Of a stretch of 64,000 nucleotides of DNA, positions 51,529 through 59,103 are shown one piece after another. A model generated the notes under the pieces. That model was not told the origin of the DNA, did no database searches, and saw nothing but the letters and a program-made list of their open reading frames with translations. Source of the stretch: Limnochordales bacterium (GTDB taxonomy: Bacteria > Bacillota > Limnochordia > Limnochordales > ZCTH02-B6); NCBI GenBank assembly GCA_035304545.1, contig DATGPV010000054.1, positions 196,606 through 260,605 on the forward strand, in the 5' to 3' direction. Every line of letters begins with the position of its first letter. The stretch's first letter is position 1. The translations under genes were made by a program, and so were the position numbers.

Positions 51529-51605
51529 TGGAGCGGGCGACGGGACTCCAACCCGCGACCCCCGGCTTGGAAGGCCGGTGCTCTAGGCGACTGAGCTACG
51601 CCCGC
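51529..51605 (-). tRNA. tRNA-Gly (anticodon TCC), CCA encoded, non-canonical D-loop/T-loop
   Basis: The acceptor is GCGGGCG/CGCCCGC and the anticodon stem-loop is CCGGC-CTTCCAA-GCCGG. The D-loop is AGTCGCCTA, lacking the usual GG. The T-loop is TTGGAGT, with G where C56 is expected. Confidence 0.85.
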
Positions 51606-51652
51606 TCGGCATCGACCATTATACCGCACTGACGCGGCGGTGCGCAAGGGAT

Positions 51653-51730
51653 TGGTCGGGGAGAGCGGATTTGAACCGCCGACCTCGTGCTCCCAAGGCA
51701 CGCGCGCTGACCAAGCTGCGCCACTCCCCG
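51653..51730 (-). tRNA. tRNA-Pro (anticodon TGG), CCA encoded
   Basis: The acceptor is CGGGGAG/CTCCCCG and the anticodon stem-loop is CGTGC-CTTGGGA-GCACG. The T-arm is GGCGG-TTCAAAT-CCGCT. Confidence 0.9.
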
Positions 51731-51741
51731 ACGCGCTTCCC

Positions 51742-51769
51742 ATTATAACACACTCTCGCCGGCAGGCAA
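51742..51769 (-). promoter_or_regulatory. candidate promoter for the tRNA-Pro-Gly-Arg-His cluster, overlapping the rdgB 3' end
   Basis: The reverse strand reads TTGCCT (51769-51764), a 16-nt spacer, then a perfect TATAAT (51747-51742). It lies 11 nt upstream of the tRNA-Pro 5' end. Confidence 0.4.
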
Positions 51770-52363
51770 TTGCCACAGGCGCACCAAGCGTGCCCGCGCC
51801 AAGGCCAAGGCCCGGGCACGGTGGCTGCGGCGGTTCTTTTCTTCCGGATCCAGTTCGGCAAAGGTGCGGCCCAACTCGGGCACAATGAACAGAGGATCGT
51901 ATCCGAACCCGCCGTCGCCCCGGGGGCGGTCGGCGATGAGCCCTTCGCACACGCCCTCGTCCACCCACGTCTCCCCCGAGGGACTCGCGATGGCGATGGC
52001 GCAGCGAAACCGGGCCCGCCGCTCCTCAGGGGGCACGTCCTTCAGCAGCGCCAAGAGCAGCCGGTTGTTGTCCGCGTCGGTGGCGCCGGGACCGCCAAAC
52101 CGGGCCGAAAACACCCCCGGCCGGCCGTCCAGGGCGTCCACTTCCAACCCCGAATCGTCGGCCATGGCCCACTCCCCGGTATGCCGCGCGGCGGCCAGGG
52201 CCTTAAGCCGGGCGTTGTCGGCAAAGGTCGCGCCGGTTTCCTCCACCTCGGGCGCGCCGGGAAAGGCGTCCAAGCCCATCACCCGGACGGGCAGGTCCGC
52301 CAGCAGCGCCCGGATCTCCGCCAGCTTGTTCCTGTTGCGGGTCGCGACCACCAGCTTACGCAC
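51743..52363 (-). CDS. rdgB: dITP/XTP pyrophosphatase (RdgB/HAM1 family)
   Basis: Motifs include [33 protein letters not shown] and [21 protein letters not shown]. The gene overlaps the rph end by 8 nt. Confidence 0.9.
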   Translation of the reverse strand: MRKLVVATRNRNKLAEIRALLADLPVRVMGLDAFPGAPEVEETGATFADNARLKALAAARHTGEWAMADDSGLEVDALDGRPGVFSARFGGPGATDADNNRLLLALLKDVPPEERRARFRCAIAIASPSGETWVDEGVCEGLIADRPRGDGGFGYDPLFIVPELGRTFAELDPEEKNRRSHRARALALARARLVRLWQLPAGESVL

Positions 52364-53111
52364 GACGCCGCCCGCCCAGCCGCGCCAACAGTTCCGGCCC
52401 CAAGGCTTCCCGCTGCAGCTGCACCAGCTGCTGGATGCCCGCCGCGGCCAAGTCCAGCATGGTCAGCAAGGTCGCCCGCTCAAAGGGCGCCCCCTCCGCG
52501 GTGCCCTGCACCTCCACCAGCCGGCCCGTGCCGGTCATGACCACGTTCATGTCCACCTCGGCCCGCACGTCTTCATCGTAGCAAAGATCCAGCAGGCACT
52601 GCCCGTCCACCACGCCCACGCTCACGGCCGCGACAAAGCCGTTCACCGGCAGGGGCAGTCCAGGGTGATCGGAAAACAAATGCGCCAAACTTTCCACCAG
52701 CGCCACGTAGGCCCCAGTGATGGCCGCGGTGCGGGTGCCCCCGTCGGCCTGCAGCACGTCGCAGTCCAGGGTGATGGTGCGCTCGCCCAGGCGCGTCAGG
52801 TCCACCACCGAACGCAGGGCCCGCCCGATGAGGCGCTGGATCTCCAGGGTCCGGCCGCCCTGCCGGCCCTGGGCCGCTTCCCGGGGCGTGCGCTCCAGCG
52901 TCGCGCGCGGGAGCATCCCGTACTCGGCCGTCACCCATCCGGCGCCGCTGCCCCGGCGCCACGGCGGCACCCGGTCCTCCACCGTGGCGGTGCACAAGAC
53001 CCGGGTGTCCCCCATTTCGATGAGGACCGCCCCTTCCGCGTACTTATTGACCTGGCGATGAATGGTGACCGGCCGCAGCTGATCCGGCCGGCGCCCGTCC
53101 CGCCGTTCCAC
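52356..53111 (-). CDS. rph: ribonuclease PH
   Basis: The GTG at 53111 follows AAGGAGGGGG. Motifs include [27 protein letters not shown], and [23 protein letters not shown]. Confidence 0.95.
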   Translation of the reverse strand: MERRDGRRPDQLRPVTIHRQVNKYAEGAVLIEMGDTRVLCTATVEDRVPPWRRGSGAGWVTAEYGMLPRATLERTPREAAQGRQGGRTLEIQRLIGRALRSVVDLTRLGERTITLDCDVLQADGGTRTAAITGAYVALVESLAHLFSDHPGLPLPVNGFVAAVSVGVVDGQCLLDLCYDEDVRAEVDMNVVMTGTGRLVEVQGTAEGAPFERATLLTMLDLAAAGIQQLVQLQREALGPELLARLGGRRRA

Positions 53112-53140
53112 CCGTTCCCCCTCCTTGTCAGTTGCCCCCG

Positions 53141-54598
53141 TCAGCGGGCCGCCCGCGGGAGGCCTGCCACGGAGCGGGCCAGCTCGGCGAAGCGCCGGCC
53201 CCGGGCTTCAAAGTTGGGAAACATGTCGTAGCTGGCACAAGCCGGCGACAGGAGCACGATTTCCCCCGGACGCGCGCGGGCCGCCGCCTCCTCCACCGCC
53301 CTCTCCAGCGAATCCACATGGACCAGCTCCGGCAAGGGCGCGCCGGTGCGCTGGGCGTAGGCCCGCACCGCCGCTTCGATCTTGGGAGCAGTGTGGCCCA
53401 AGAGGATCATCACCCGCACCCGGCCGGCGGCCGCCGCGGCCAGCTCGTCAAAGGGCAGCTGCTTGTCGTAGCCGCCCGCGATGAGCACCACGGGCCCGTC
53501 CATGGCCCGGATGCCCGCCGCCGCCCGGGCGGGGCTGGTGGCGATGGAGTCGTTGTAGTACCGGACGCCGTTGCCCTCAGCCACCAGCTCCAGGCGGTGG
53601 GGTACCCCCCGGAAACCGGTGGCCACGGCCCGCACCGCCGCCAAGTCGATGCCGCAGGCCACCGCGGTGGCCGCCGCGGCCAGCACGTTTTCCACGTTGT
53701 GGTCGCCCAAGAGCTGGATCTCCCGGCGCCGGCAAAGGACGACGGGTGCCGCCCTCCGGATGCCGCCCACCATCAGCTGATCCCCGTCCAGCCATGCGCC
53801 GGCGGGCACCGGCCGCTGCCGGCTAAACAACAGCGTCTGGCCGGGTGCTTGGCCGGCCAGGCGGGCCGTAACGGGGTCGTCCCCGTTCAGTACCGCGATT
53901 CCATCGGATCCTTGAAAGCGCACGATGCGCTCCTTGGCCGCCACGTAGGCGGCCATAGTGCCGTGGACGTCCAGATGGTTAGGGCTCACGTTGGTGAGCA
54001 CGGCCACCGCCGGACTGCGGTCCAGCATCTCCAGCTGGAAACTGGACAGCTCCAGCACCACCCACGCGTCGGCGGGGATCTCCTCGACCACCTCCAAAAG
54101 GGGCTGGCCGATGTTGCCGCCCACATACACCGGATGCGGGCCCGCCTTGAGCATCTCACCGATGAGGGTGGTGGTGGTGGTCTTGCCGCTGCTGCCCGTG
54201 ACGCCGATGATGCGCCCCCGGCACAGGGCAAAGACCAGGCCGATCTCGCTGAAAAAGGGGACGCCCCGCCGGCGCAGTTCCGCCAACACCGGCAGATCTT
54301 TGCGCATGCCGGGGGTGAGAAACACTGCGTCCCAGCTGCCCTGCAGATGCTCCAGGTAATCGGGGCCCAGGACAAGCCGGGCCCCCAGCGCCGCCATTTC
54401 GTCGTAGGCCGGGCCCAGCTCCGCGGCCGGCTTTTGATCGAAACCGACCAAATGCGCACCGTGCCGGGCCAAATACCGCATGACGGCCCGGTTGCTGACC
54501 CCAAGCCCCACCACGGCCACTCTCCGGCCGCGCCAATCCACCCCGTGCCACGCTCCCTTGCGGGCTTCGCCTATGTATATGCCCGCCTGCGGTTCCAT
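53141..54598 (-). CDS. murD: MurD-family Mur ligase (UDP-N-acetylmuramoyl-L-alanine--D-glutamate ligase-like)
   Basis: The Rossmann-like N-terminus is [18 protein letters not shown]. The P-loop is [16 protein letters not shown], followed by [27 protein letters not shown], and a C-terminal [19 protein letters not shown]. Here the sequence reads NDSIATSP where E. coli MurD has NDSKATN (from memory). The start is uncertain. Confidence 0.85.
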   Translation of the reverse strand: MEPQAGIYIGEARKGAWHGVDWRGRRVAVVGLGVSNRAVMRYLARHGAHLVGFDQKPAAELGPAYDEMAALGARLVLGPDYLEHLQGSWDAVFLTPGMRKDLPVLAELRRRGVPFFSEIGLVFALCRGRIIGVTGSSGKTTTTTLIGEMLKAGPHPVYVGGNIGQPLLEVVEEIPADAWVVLELSSFQLEMLDRSPAVAVLTNVSPNHLDVHGTMAAYVAAKERIVRFQGSDGIAVLNGDDPVTARLAGQAPGQTLLFSRQRPVPAGAWLDGDQLMVGGIRRAAPVVLCRRREIQLLGDHNVENVLAAAATAVACGIDLAAVRAVATGFRGVPHRLELVAEGNGVRYYNDSIATSPARAAAGIRAMDGPVVLIAGGYDKQLPFDELAAAAAGRVRVMILLGHTAPKIEAAVRAYAQRTGAPLPELVHVDSLERAVEEAAARARPGEIVLLSPACASYDMFPNFEARGRRFAELARSVAGLPRAAR

Positions 54599-54659
54599 TC
54601 GTATCGCGTAGTGTAACCGGCCTGGCGGGCCTCACCCGTGGCGCGGCAGGCGCCGCGGC

Positions 54660-55184
54660 TCAAGGGGCGGCGATGAACCGCGGATCGGGCAAGAGCGGGC
54701 GGGACAGATCCAAATGGCCCACGAGGCTGTCCATCGCCTCGCCTTCCAGGAGCAGCTGCACCGCGTCGATGCCGGGCAGTTGGGTGAGGGTGGCTACGAT
54801 GGAGTACACCGTCAGGATCTCGCCCGTGCTCCCGCCGGGATGGCGGGTGCGCAGTTCCGCGCTGTAGTCCACGAAGGCGATCCCGTCGGCCACCACCACC
54901 GCCCGGGGCCGCGCGCCCCGGGGGATGGTGGGCCGCAGCCCGGGATCCTGCGGTCCCCGGCCCAGCTCTTCCAGCAGCCGCAAGGGATTCAACGCCGCGG
55001 CCGGCAAGGTCCGCGCCTCGGGCACCAGGTACTGGGCGTCCGCGTCGCTGAAATACAGCTGCACCGTGGCGCGGGGCGTCAGCACCGCGTCAAAGGCGGG
55101 TTGGCGATCCATGCCCCAGCGCGCCACGGCCACCAGGCCCAAAAGCAGCAACAACACGACGCCCCGGCGCCACAGCCCGGTCAA
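54660..55184 (-). CDS. GerMN-domain lipoprotein-like protein (GerM-like)
   Basis: The TTG start follows AGGGGG. A signal/anchor segment (VVLLLLLGLVAVA) precedes a single GerMN-type domain: VQLYFSDADAQYLVPEARTL...LLEELGRGPQDPGLRPTIP...AFVDYSAEL...GSTGEILTVYSIVATLTQLPGIDAVQLLLEGE. Confidence 0.7.
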   Translation of the reverse strand: MTGLWRRGVVLLLLLGLVAVARWGMDRQPAFDAVLTPRATVQLYFSDADAQYLVPEARTLPAAALNPLRLLEELGRGPQDPGLRPTIPRGARPRAVVVADGIAFVDYSAELRTRHPGGSTGEILTVYSIVATLTQLPGIDAVQLLLEGEAMDSLVGHLDLSRPLLPDPRFIAAP

Positions 55185-55226
55185 CCTGCTCGCCCCCTAG
55201 CCTTCCCCGTACCCTGTATCCCCTGG

Positions 55227-57947
55227 CTACAACTCCGGCGTCTGGGCCACCGTCTCGGACACCGTCTCCAGGGCCGCCGCCGGCGCCACCAGCAGGACAC
55301 CGGCCGGTAAATCCCCGTTCTCCAAGAAGTCAGCCGCCACCTGCTGGACCGCGCTGTCCCACTCGGCGAGGGTGCGGAGCCGGGGCTCGCTGCGCCCTTC
55401 GGCGAAGTAGCGCAGTACTCCCTGGGCGATGCCAAAGGCTGCCCGCCGCTGAAACTCCGGATCCGCCAGCAGCCGCTCCTCGGCGGGGTTGTCGATAAAG
55501 GCCACTTCCACCAGCACCGCGGGCATGTCCGTATGGACCAGCACGTGGAAGGCACGCTGGCGCAGGCCCCGATCCGGCAAGCCGATGGCCTGCAGCAGCT
55601 CCCGGTGCACGGCTTGGCCCAAGCGGAGGTCGGCCGACGCGCCCAGCTGCTCGTCGGGGCCCGGGTGATAAAAGGTACCCGTGCCCGAGGCGGTGCGGCC
55701 GGGTCCGATGGCGTCCGCGTGGATGCTCACGAAGGCGTCGGCCCCCAGGGCGTTGGCCATGCGGCTGCGGGTGGCCAGGTCCACAAACACGTCCCGGTCC
55801 CGGGTCAACACTACCCTGGCGCCTGCTTGTTCCAAAAAACGCGCCACCTGCAACGCAATGGCCAGATTGACGTCCTTTTCCTGGGTCCCGCCCGGGCCGA
55901 TAGCTCCGGGATCCCGTCCGCCGTGGCCGGCATCCACCACCACCGTCCGCCCGCCCAGCTGCGAGGGGCGCACGCTGAGCACCGCCCGGGTCCGATCCTC
56001 GGAAAAGAGCACCTGGTGTTCCGCGACTTGCCGGGTCTCCACCACCACGCGGCCCGTAGTGGGCGCGGCCTGTCCCGCCCGCACCGCGGTCACCACCTGG
56101 CTGCCCGGCGGGGACAGGGGGCCCAGGGATCGCTCCAGAAGCACGCCGGGCAAATCCAAGACGATGCGCTCGGGATCCCGCAGCCGCCGCACCTCCGCTT
56201 CCAAGGGGCCCCGGCCTTGCAAGAGGATGAGCTCCGCGTCATCGTCCCGCACAAAGCCGACCAAGTCCAGGCCGTTGGCGGCAACGCCCGGCCCCGGCAC
56301 ATCCAGGGCCACCGACCCATTGGGGTTAAGGATCAGAGTGATCCGACCGTCGGGACCCGGGTGCGCCTGTCCCGACAACCCGCCGGGGGGCCAGTCCACA
56401 GGCCCGTCCAGCTCCAGCACCGCCCGGACCACGTCCTGCTGGAACTGGCTCACCCGTACTGTGCGCACCCCGGAGGAATCCAGCTGCAGATCCCAGGGAC
56501 CCGCCACCGTCACGTCCCACAGATCCACCACCAGCCGCCACGGCTCCCGCAGGGCGAAGGCCTGATAGGCCACGGGCCCCCCGCTCACTTCCGCGTGCAA
56601 GGCGATGCCCCCGCCCTCCAGAGGCGTGGCGCCCACCGCCCGCAGCTGGTGGTTGAGGCGGACGACGAAGCCCGGATGTTCCTCCGCGGGCGCCAGCGCG
56701 TAGCCGGTGGGGCCGGTCAAGTCCACCACCAGCCGCACGCCCTCCTCCTCGCCGCTTAGACGCAGCTGGTGCATGACGGGGCTGTCCACGGGCATAGCCC
56801 GCCAGCCGGTGGCCAGGGCCGCGCCCGGCAAGTCGATGACCAGCCGGTCGGGTCCGGGCAAGTACATGGCCCGCACCTCCACCGGCCCGTCGGTGATGGC
56901 CACCACCTCCGCGCGGCCATCCACCTCCCGCACCCGCACGTCCAATAGCGCTCCCGCCGCGGTCCCCGCGGGTTGGGGCAACCGCACGGCGCCTTGGGCC
57001 GGGAACGACGGCAGCGAGGGCGCGGGCGGCGCGGCCGGCGGCAGCGGCTCCGGTTTGGGCATCGGCTGCGGCGTCGACCCCGTCTCCGCCCCGGACAACA
57101 GCCGCAACAGTTCCACCAGTTCCGACCGGGTGCGGGGCCGTTGGGTGGGCCACCCTCCGCCCGCCGCGGGCACCGCCGGGATTGCGGGCGGGCTGTCTGT
57201 GCTGCCCGGTGGGGACCCGGACCCGGCCGCCGGCAGCGCCGGCCCAGGCGCCAGGGGCGATGGGTCCTGCGCCGGCGACGCCCACGTTTCCCCGGGCTCC
57301 CGGGATTCCCGGGGCGCGGCGGCCGCAACCTCCCACCGGGACGGTTCGGGCTCGGGCGGAAGCGACGACGACAGCGCCGCCGGCGGCCCCGCCGCTCCCG
57401 ATGGCCCCGGCGGCACCAGGGACGACGGCGGCGGCGTTGCCCGACGGCCCGTAAGGCCCGCGCCCACGCCGGGGCGGGACCCGTCCCCCGCACCGTCGCC
57501 GCTGGGCCCGCCGGCGGCGGCCGGCCGGCGCTCCAGGGTCAGGACGCCGGCCAGCAAACTCCAGTCCACCCGCAGGCCCGCCAAGTCGGCCACCAGGTGA
57601 AGGGGCAAGTACAGCATGCCGTCGCGCACCGTGGGCGCGGCCTGCAGTTGGACGGTCCGGCCATCCAAGCGGGCCGACAGCTGCCCGGCCTCGAGGCGGG
57701 CGGTGCGGGGGCCTGCCCGCAACTGCACCACCGGCCACCCGGTGTCATCCACCTCGATCCCCAACTCCTCGGCGGCGACGGCCGCGGAGATGCCTAGGCC
57801 CGTGCCGATCAGCATCAAGGCGCCACTGGTGGAGATGGGGCGTCCGTCGACGACCAACTGGATCGCGGCTGATCCCGGCCAGGCCGCCAGCAGGACGGCC
57901 AGGCAACCCAGAAGCCACGGCGCACACCGGCGCCAGCCCCGCGCCAT
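55227..57947 (-). CDS. N-acetylmuramoyl-L-alanine amidase with N-terminal stalk domain, Pro-rich linker and three AMIN-like domains
   Basis: I trimmed the ORF to the ATG at 57947 (AGGAGG 8 nt upstream). The signal peptide is WLLGCLAVLLAAWPGSAA, followed by a copper-amine-oxidase-N-like domain (GMLYLPLHLVADLAGLRVDW) and a Pro/Ala/Ser/Gly linker of about 180 aa. Three AMIN-like repeats follow (each with ...RLVIDLPG / RLVVDLWD / RIVLDLPG). The C-terminal Amidase_3 domain reads VVVDAGHGGRDPGAIGPGGTQEKDVNL...FVSIHADA. Confidence 0.85.
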   Translation of the reverse strand: MARGWRRCAPWLLGCLAVLLAAWPGSAAIQLVVDGRPISTSGALMLIGTGLGISAAVAAEELGIEVDDTGWPVVQLRAGPRTARLEAGQLSARLDGRTVQLQAAPTVRDGMLYLPLHLVADLAGLRVDWSLLAGVLTLERRPAAAGGPSGDGAGDGSRPGVGAGLTGRRATPPPSSLVPPGPSGAAGPPAALSSSLPPEPEPSRWEVAAAAPRESREPGETWASPAQDPSPLAPGPALPAAGSGSPPGSTDSPPAIPAVPAAGGGWPTQRPRTRSELVELLRLLSGAETGSTPQPMPKPEPLPPAAPPAPSLPSFPAQGAVRLPQPAGTAAGALLDVRVREVDGRAEVVAITDGPVEVRAMYLPGPDRLVIDLPGAALATGWRAMPVDSPVMHQLRLSGEEEGVRLVVDLTGPTGYALAPAEEHPGFVVRLNHQLRAVGATPLEGGGIALHAEVSGGPVAYQAFALREPWRLVVDLWDVTVAGPWDLQLDSSGVRTVRVSQFQQDVVRAVLELDGPVDWPPGGLSGQAHPGPDGRITLILNPNGSVALDVPGPGVAANGLDLVGFVRDDDAELILLQGRGPLEAEVRRLRDPERIVLDLPGVLLERSLGPLSPPGSQVVTAVRAGQAAPTTGRVVVETRQVAEHQVLFSEDRTRAVLSVRPSQLGGRTVVVDAGHGGRDPGAIGPGGTQEKDVNLAIALQVARFLEQAGARVVLTRDRDVFVDLATRSRMANALGADAFVSIHADAIGPGRTASGTGTFYHPGPDEQLGASADLRLGQAVHRELLQAIGLPDRGLRQRAFHVLVHTDMPAVLVEVAFIDNPAEERLLADPEFQRRAAFGIAQGVLRYFAEGRSEPRLRTLAEWDSAVQQVAADFLENGDLPAGVLLVAPAAALETVSETVAQTPEL

Positions 57948-58071
57948 GAGATCCGCCTCCTGCTCTCCCATTCGGCACGGGCGTCGAAATTCCTCACCAC
58001 AGTAACCCCGAAATTTCCATTGCAAGCGCTATTTTCCTGCTGCGGACACCAAGAGGCCCAAGACGCGCCAC

Positions 58072-58102
58072 GGCCACCGCCTGATGTTCCCAGGCGGTGG
58101 CC
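58072..58102 (-). terminator. hairpin immediately downstream of ssrA (candidate terminator, weak U-tract)
   Basis: GGCCACCGCCTG-atgttcc-CAGGCGGTGGCC has a perfect 12-bp stem. It begins 9 nt after the tmRNA CCA end. Confidence 0.5.
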
Positions 58103-58111
58103 GCTGTCTGC

Positions 58112-58474
58112 TGGTGGAGGCGCCGGCGAGTCGCACGCCGGGTCCGCAACGGCAGTGACAGGAGTTTCTACGGGCGTAGCCTGTGTTTGCCCTTCGCCCG
58201 CCGGCTTTCCCACAGGCAGGAATACCGGCAGGCTAGCCTTCTTAAGGTGTCCCCCTTCCCTGAAGGCGACGGTCAGGGGCAAGCCCGCAATGTATGACGC
58301 CGACGGCCGCCTTGCAGGCGGAGCGGCCGCGACGTGCGGCTGTTACTTACGCAGCAGCCGCGAGAGCAGGTTCGTTGTTGGCGTTTATTTGCCGTCCACC
58401 GTTTTTACGAGCTGGTGGGACCTCGGCCCGCTTATCTCCTGACCCCGCTCGCCACGTCGAGCCTACTCGCCCCC
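58112..58474 (-). ncRNA. ssrA: tmRNA (SsrA), 363 nt, tag ORF at 58347..58382
   Basis: The reverse strand begins GGGGGCGAGTAGGCTCGACGTGG and ends GGACCCGGCGTGCGACTCGCCGGCGCCTCCACCA. The acceptor is GGGGGCG/CGCCTCC with a G3:U70 wobble, and there is a T-arm-like hairpin. An internal AAATAAAC is followed by GCC AAC AAC GAA CCT GCT CTC GCG GCT GCT GCG TAA, giving the tag ANNEPALAAAA. The RNA starts 14 nt after the smpB stop. Confidence 0.85.
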
Positions 58475-58488
58475 GTGGTGCGTGGCGT

Positions 58489-58962
58489 CTACCGCCGAAC
58501 CTGCTCCTTGACCGCCCGCTGGGCCTGGCGCTGGGCCTCCCGGCGGGCGATGTCTTCCCGTTTGTCCCACTTCTTCTTGCCCCGGGCCAAGGCCAGCTCC
58601 ACCTTGGCCCAGCCCCGGTCGCTGAAGTAGATCCGCAGCGGGATCAACGTCAGCCCCTGTTCCCGCGTCTTGCCCACCAGACGCCGGATTTCGTCCTTGT
58701 GCAGCATCAGCTTGCGCACCCGGGTCGGCTCGTGGTTAAACCGGTTGCCGTGGGTGTAGGGGCTGATGTGCATGTTGTACAGGTATACTTCGCCGTTTTC
58801 CACCCGGGCGAAGGCGTCGTTGAGGTTGACCCTGCCCGCCCGCACGGACTTGACTTCGGTACCTGTCAGCACGAGGCCAGCTTCCAGGGTCTCCAGGATG
58901 TGATACTCATGCCGGGCCTTCCGGTTGGTGGCCACGGTCTTTTCCTGCGCCACCCCTACCAC
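58489..58962 (-). CDS. smpB: SsrA-binding protein SmpB
   Basis: Motifs include [51 protein letters not shown] and [11 protein letters not shown]. The start is the GTG at 58962 or, more likely, the GTG at 58953, which follows GAGGTGG. Confidence 0.95.
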   Translation of the reverse strand: MVGVAQEKTVATNRKARHEYHILETLEAGLVLTGTEVKSVRAGRVNLNDAFARVENGEVYLYNMHISPYTHGNRFNHEPTRVRKLMLHKDEIRRLVGKTREQGLTLIPLRIYFSDRGWAKVELALARGKKKWDKREDIARREAQRQAQRAVKEQVRR

Positions 58963-58976
58963 CTCGTGCCATTGCC

Positions 58977-59006
58977 ATTGTACAGCACCTCCCGAAGACG
59001 TGTCAA
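58977..59006 (-). promoter_or_regulatory. sigma-A-type promoter for smpB(-ssrA)
   Basis: The reverse strand reads TTGACA (59006-59001), an 18-nt spacer, then TACAAT (58982-58977). Confidence 0.5.
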
Positions 59007-59036
59007 CGAAAGGGGGCCGCGTGCGCCGCGGCCCCC
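59005..59036 (-). terminator. intrinsic terminator after hppA
   Basis: GGGGGCCGCG-gcgca-CGCGGCCCCC has a perfect 10-bp stem. On the minus strand it is followed by TTTCGTT. It lies 68 nt after the hppA stop. Confidence 0.65.
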
Positions 59037-59103
59037 ATGGGTCGCTCCCCGGTCTCTACCCTGCGGCGTCCGCCGGCCTCAGGCCCGCCCGCCGCGCGGC
59101 CCG

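Noticed and set aside
50100-51760. A mobile element or genomic island might be integrated at the tRNA genes.
   Set aside because: I found no integrase, transposase or recombinase ORF, and no duplicated tRNA 3' segment. There is no visible change in base composition around the tRNA clusters.
56326-57738. Alternative minus-strand frames inside the amidase gene (470-aa and 245-aa ORFs) look like Arg-rich proteins similar to the glycan-cluster tails.
   Set aside because: They are off-frame readings of the Pro/Ala/Gly-rich linker and AMIN region of a gene whose frame is fixed by its signal peptide, stalk domain and Amidase_3 domain. Unlike the glycan-cluster tails, they are not contiguous with any catalytic domain.
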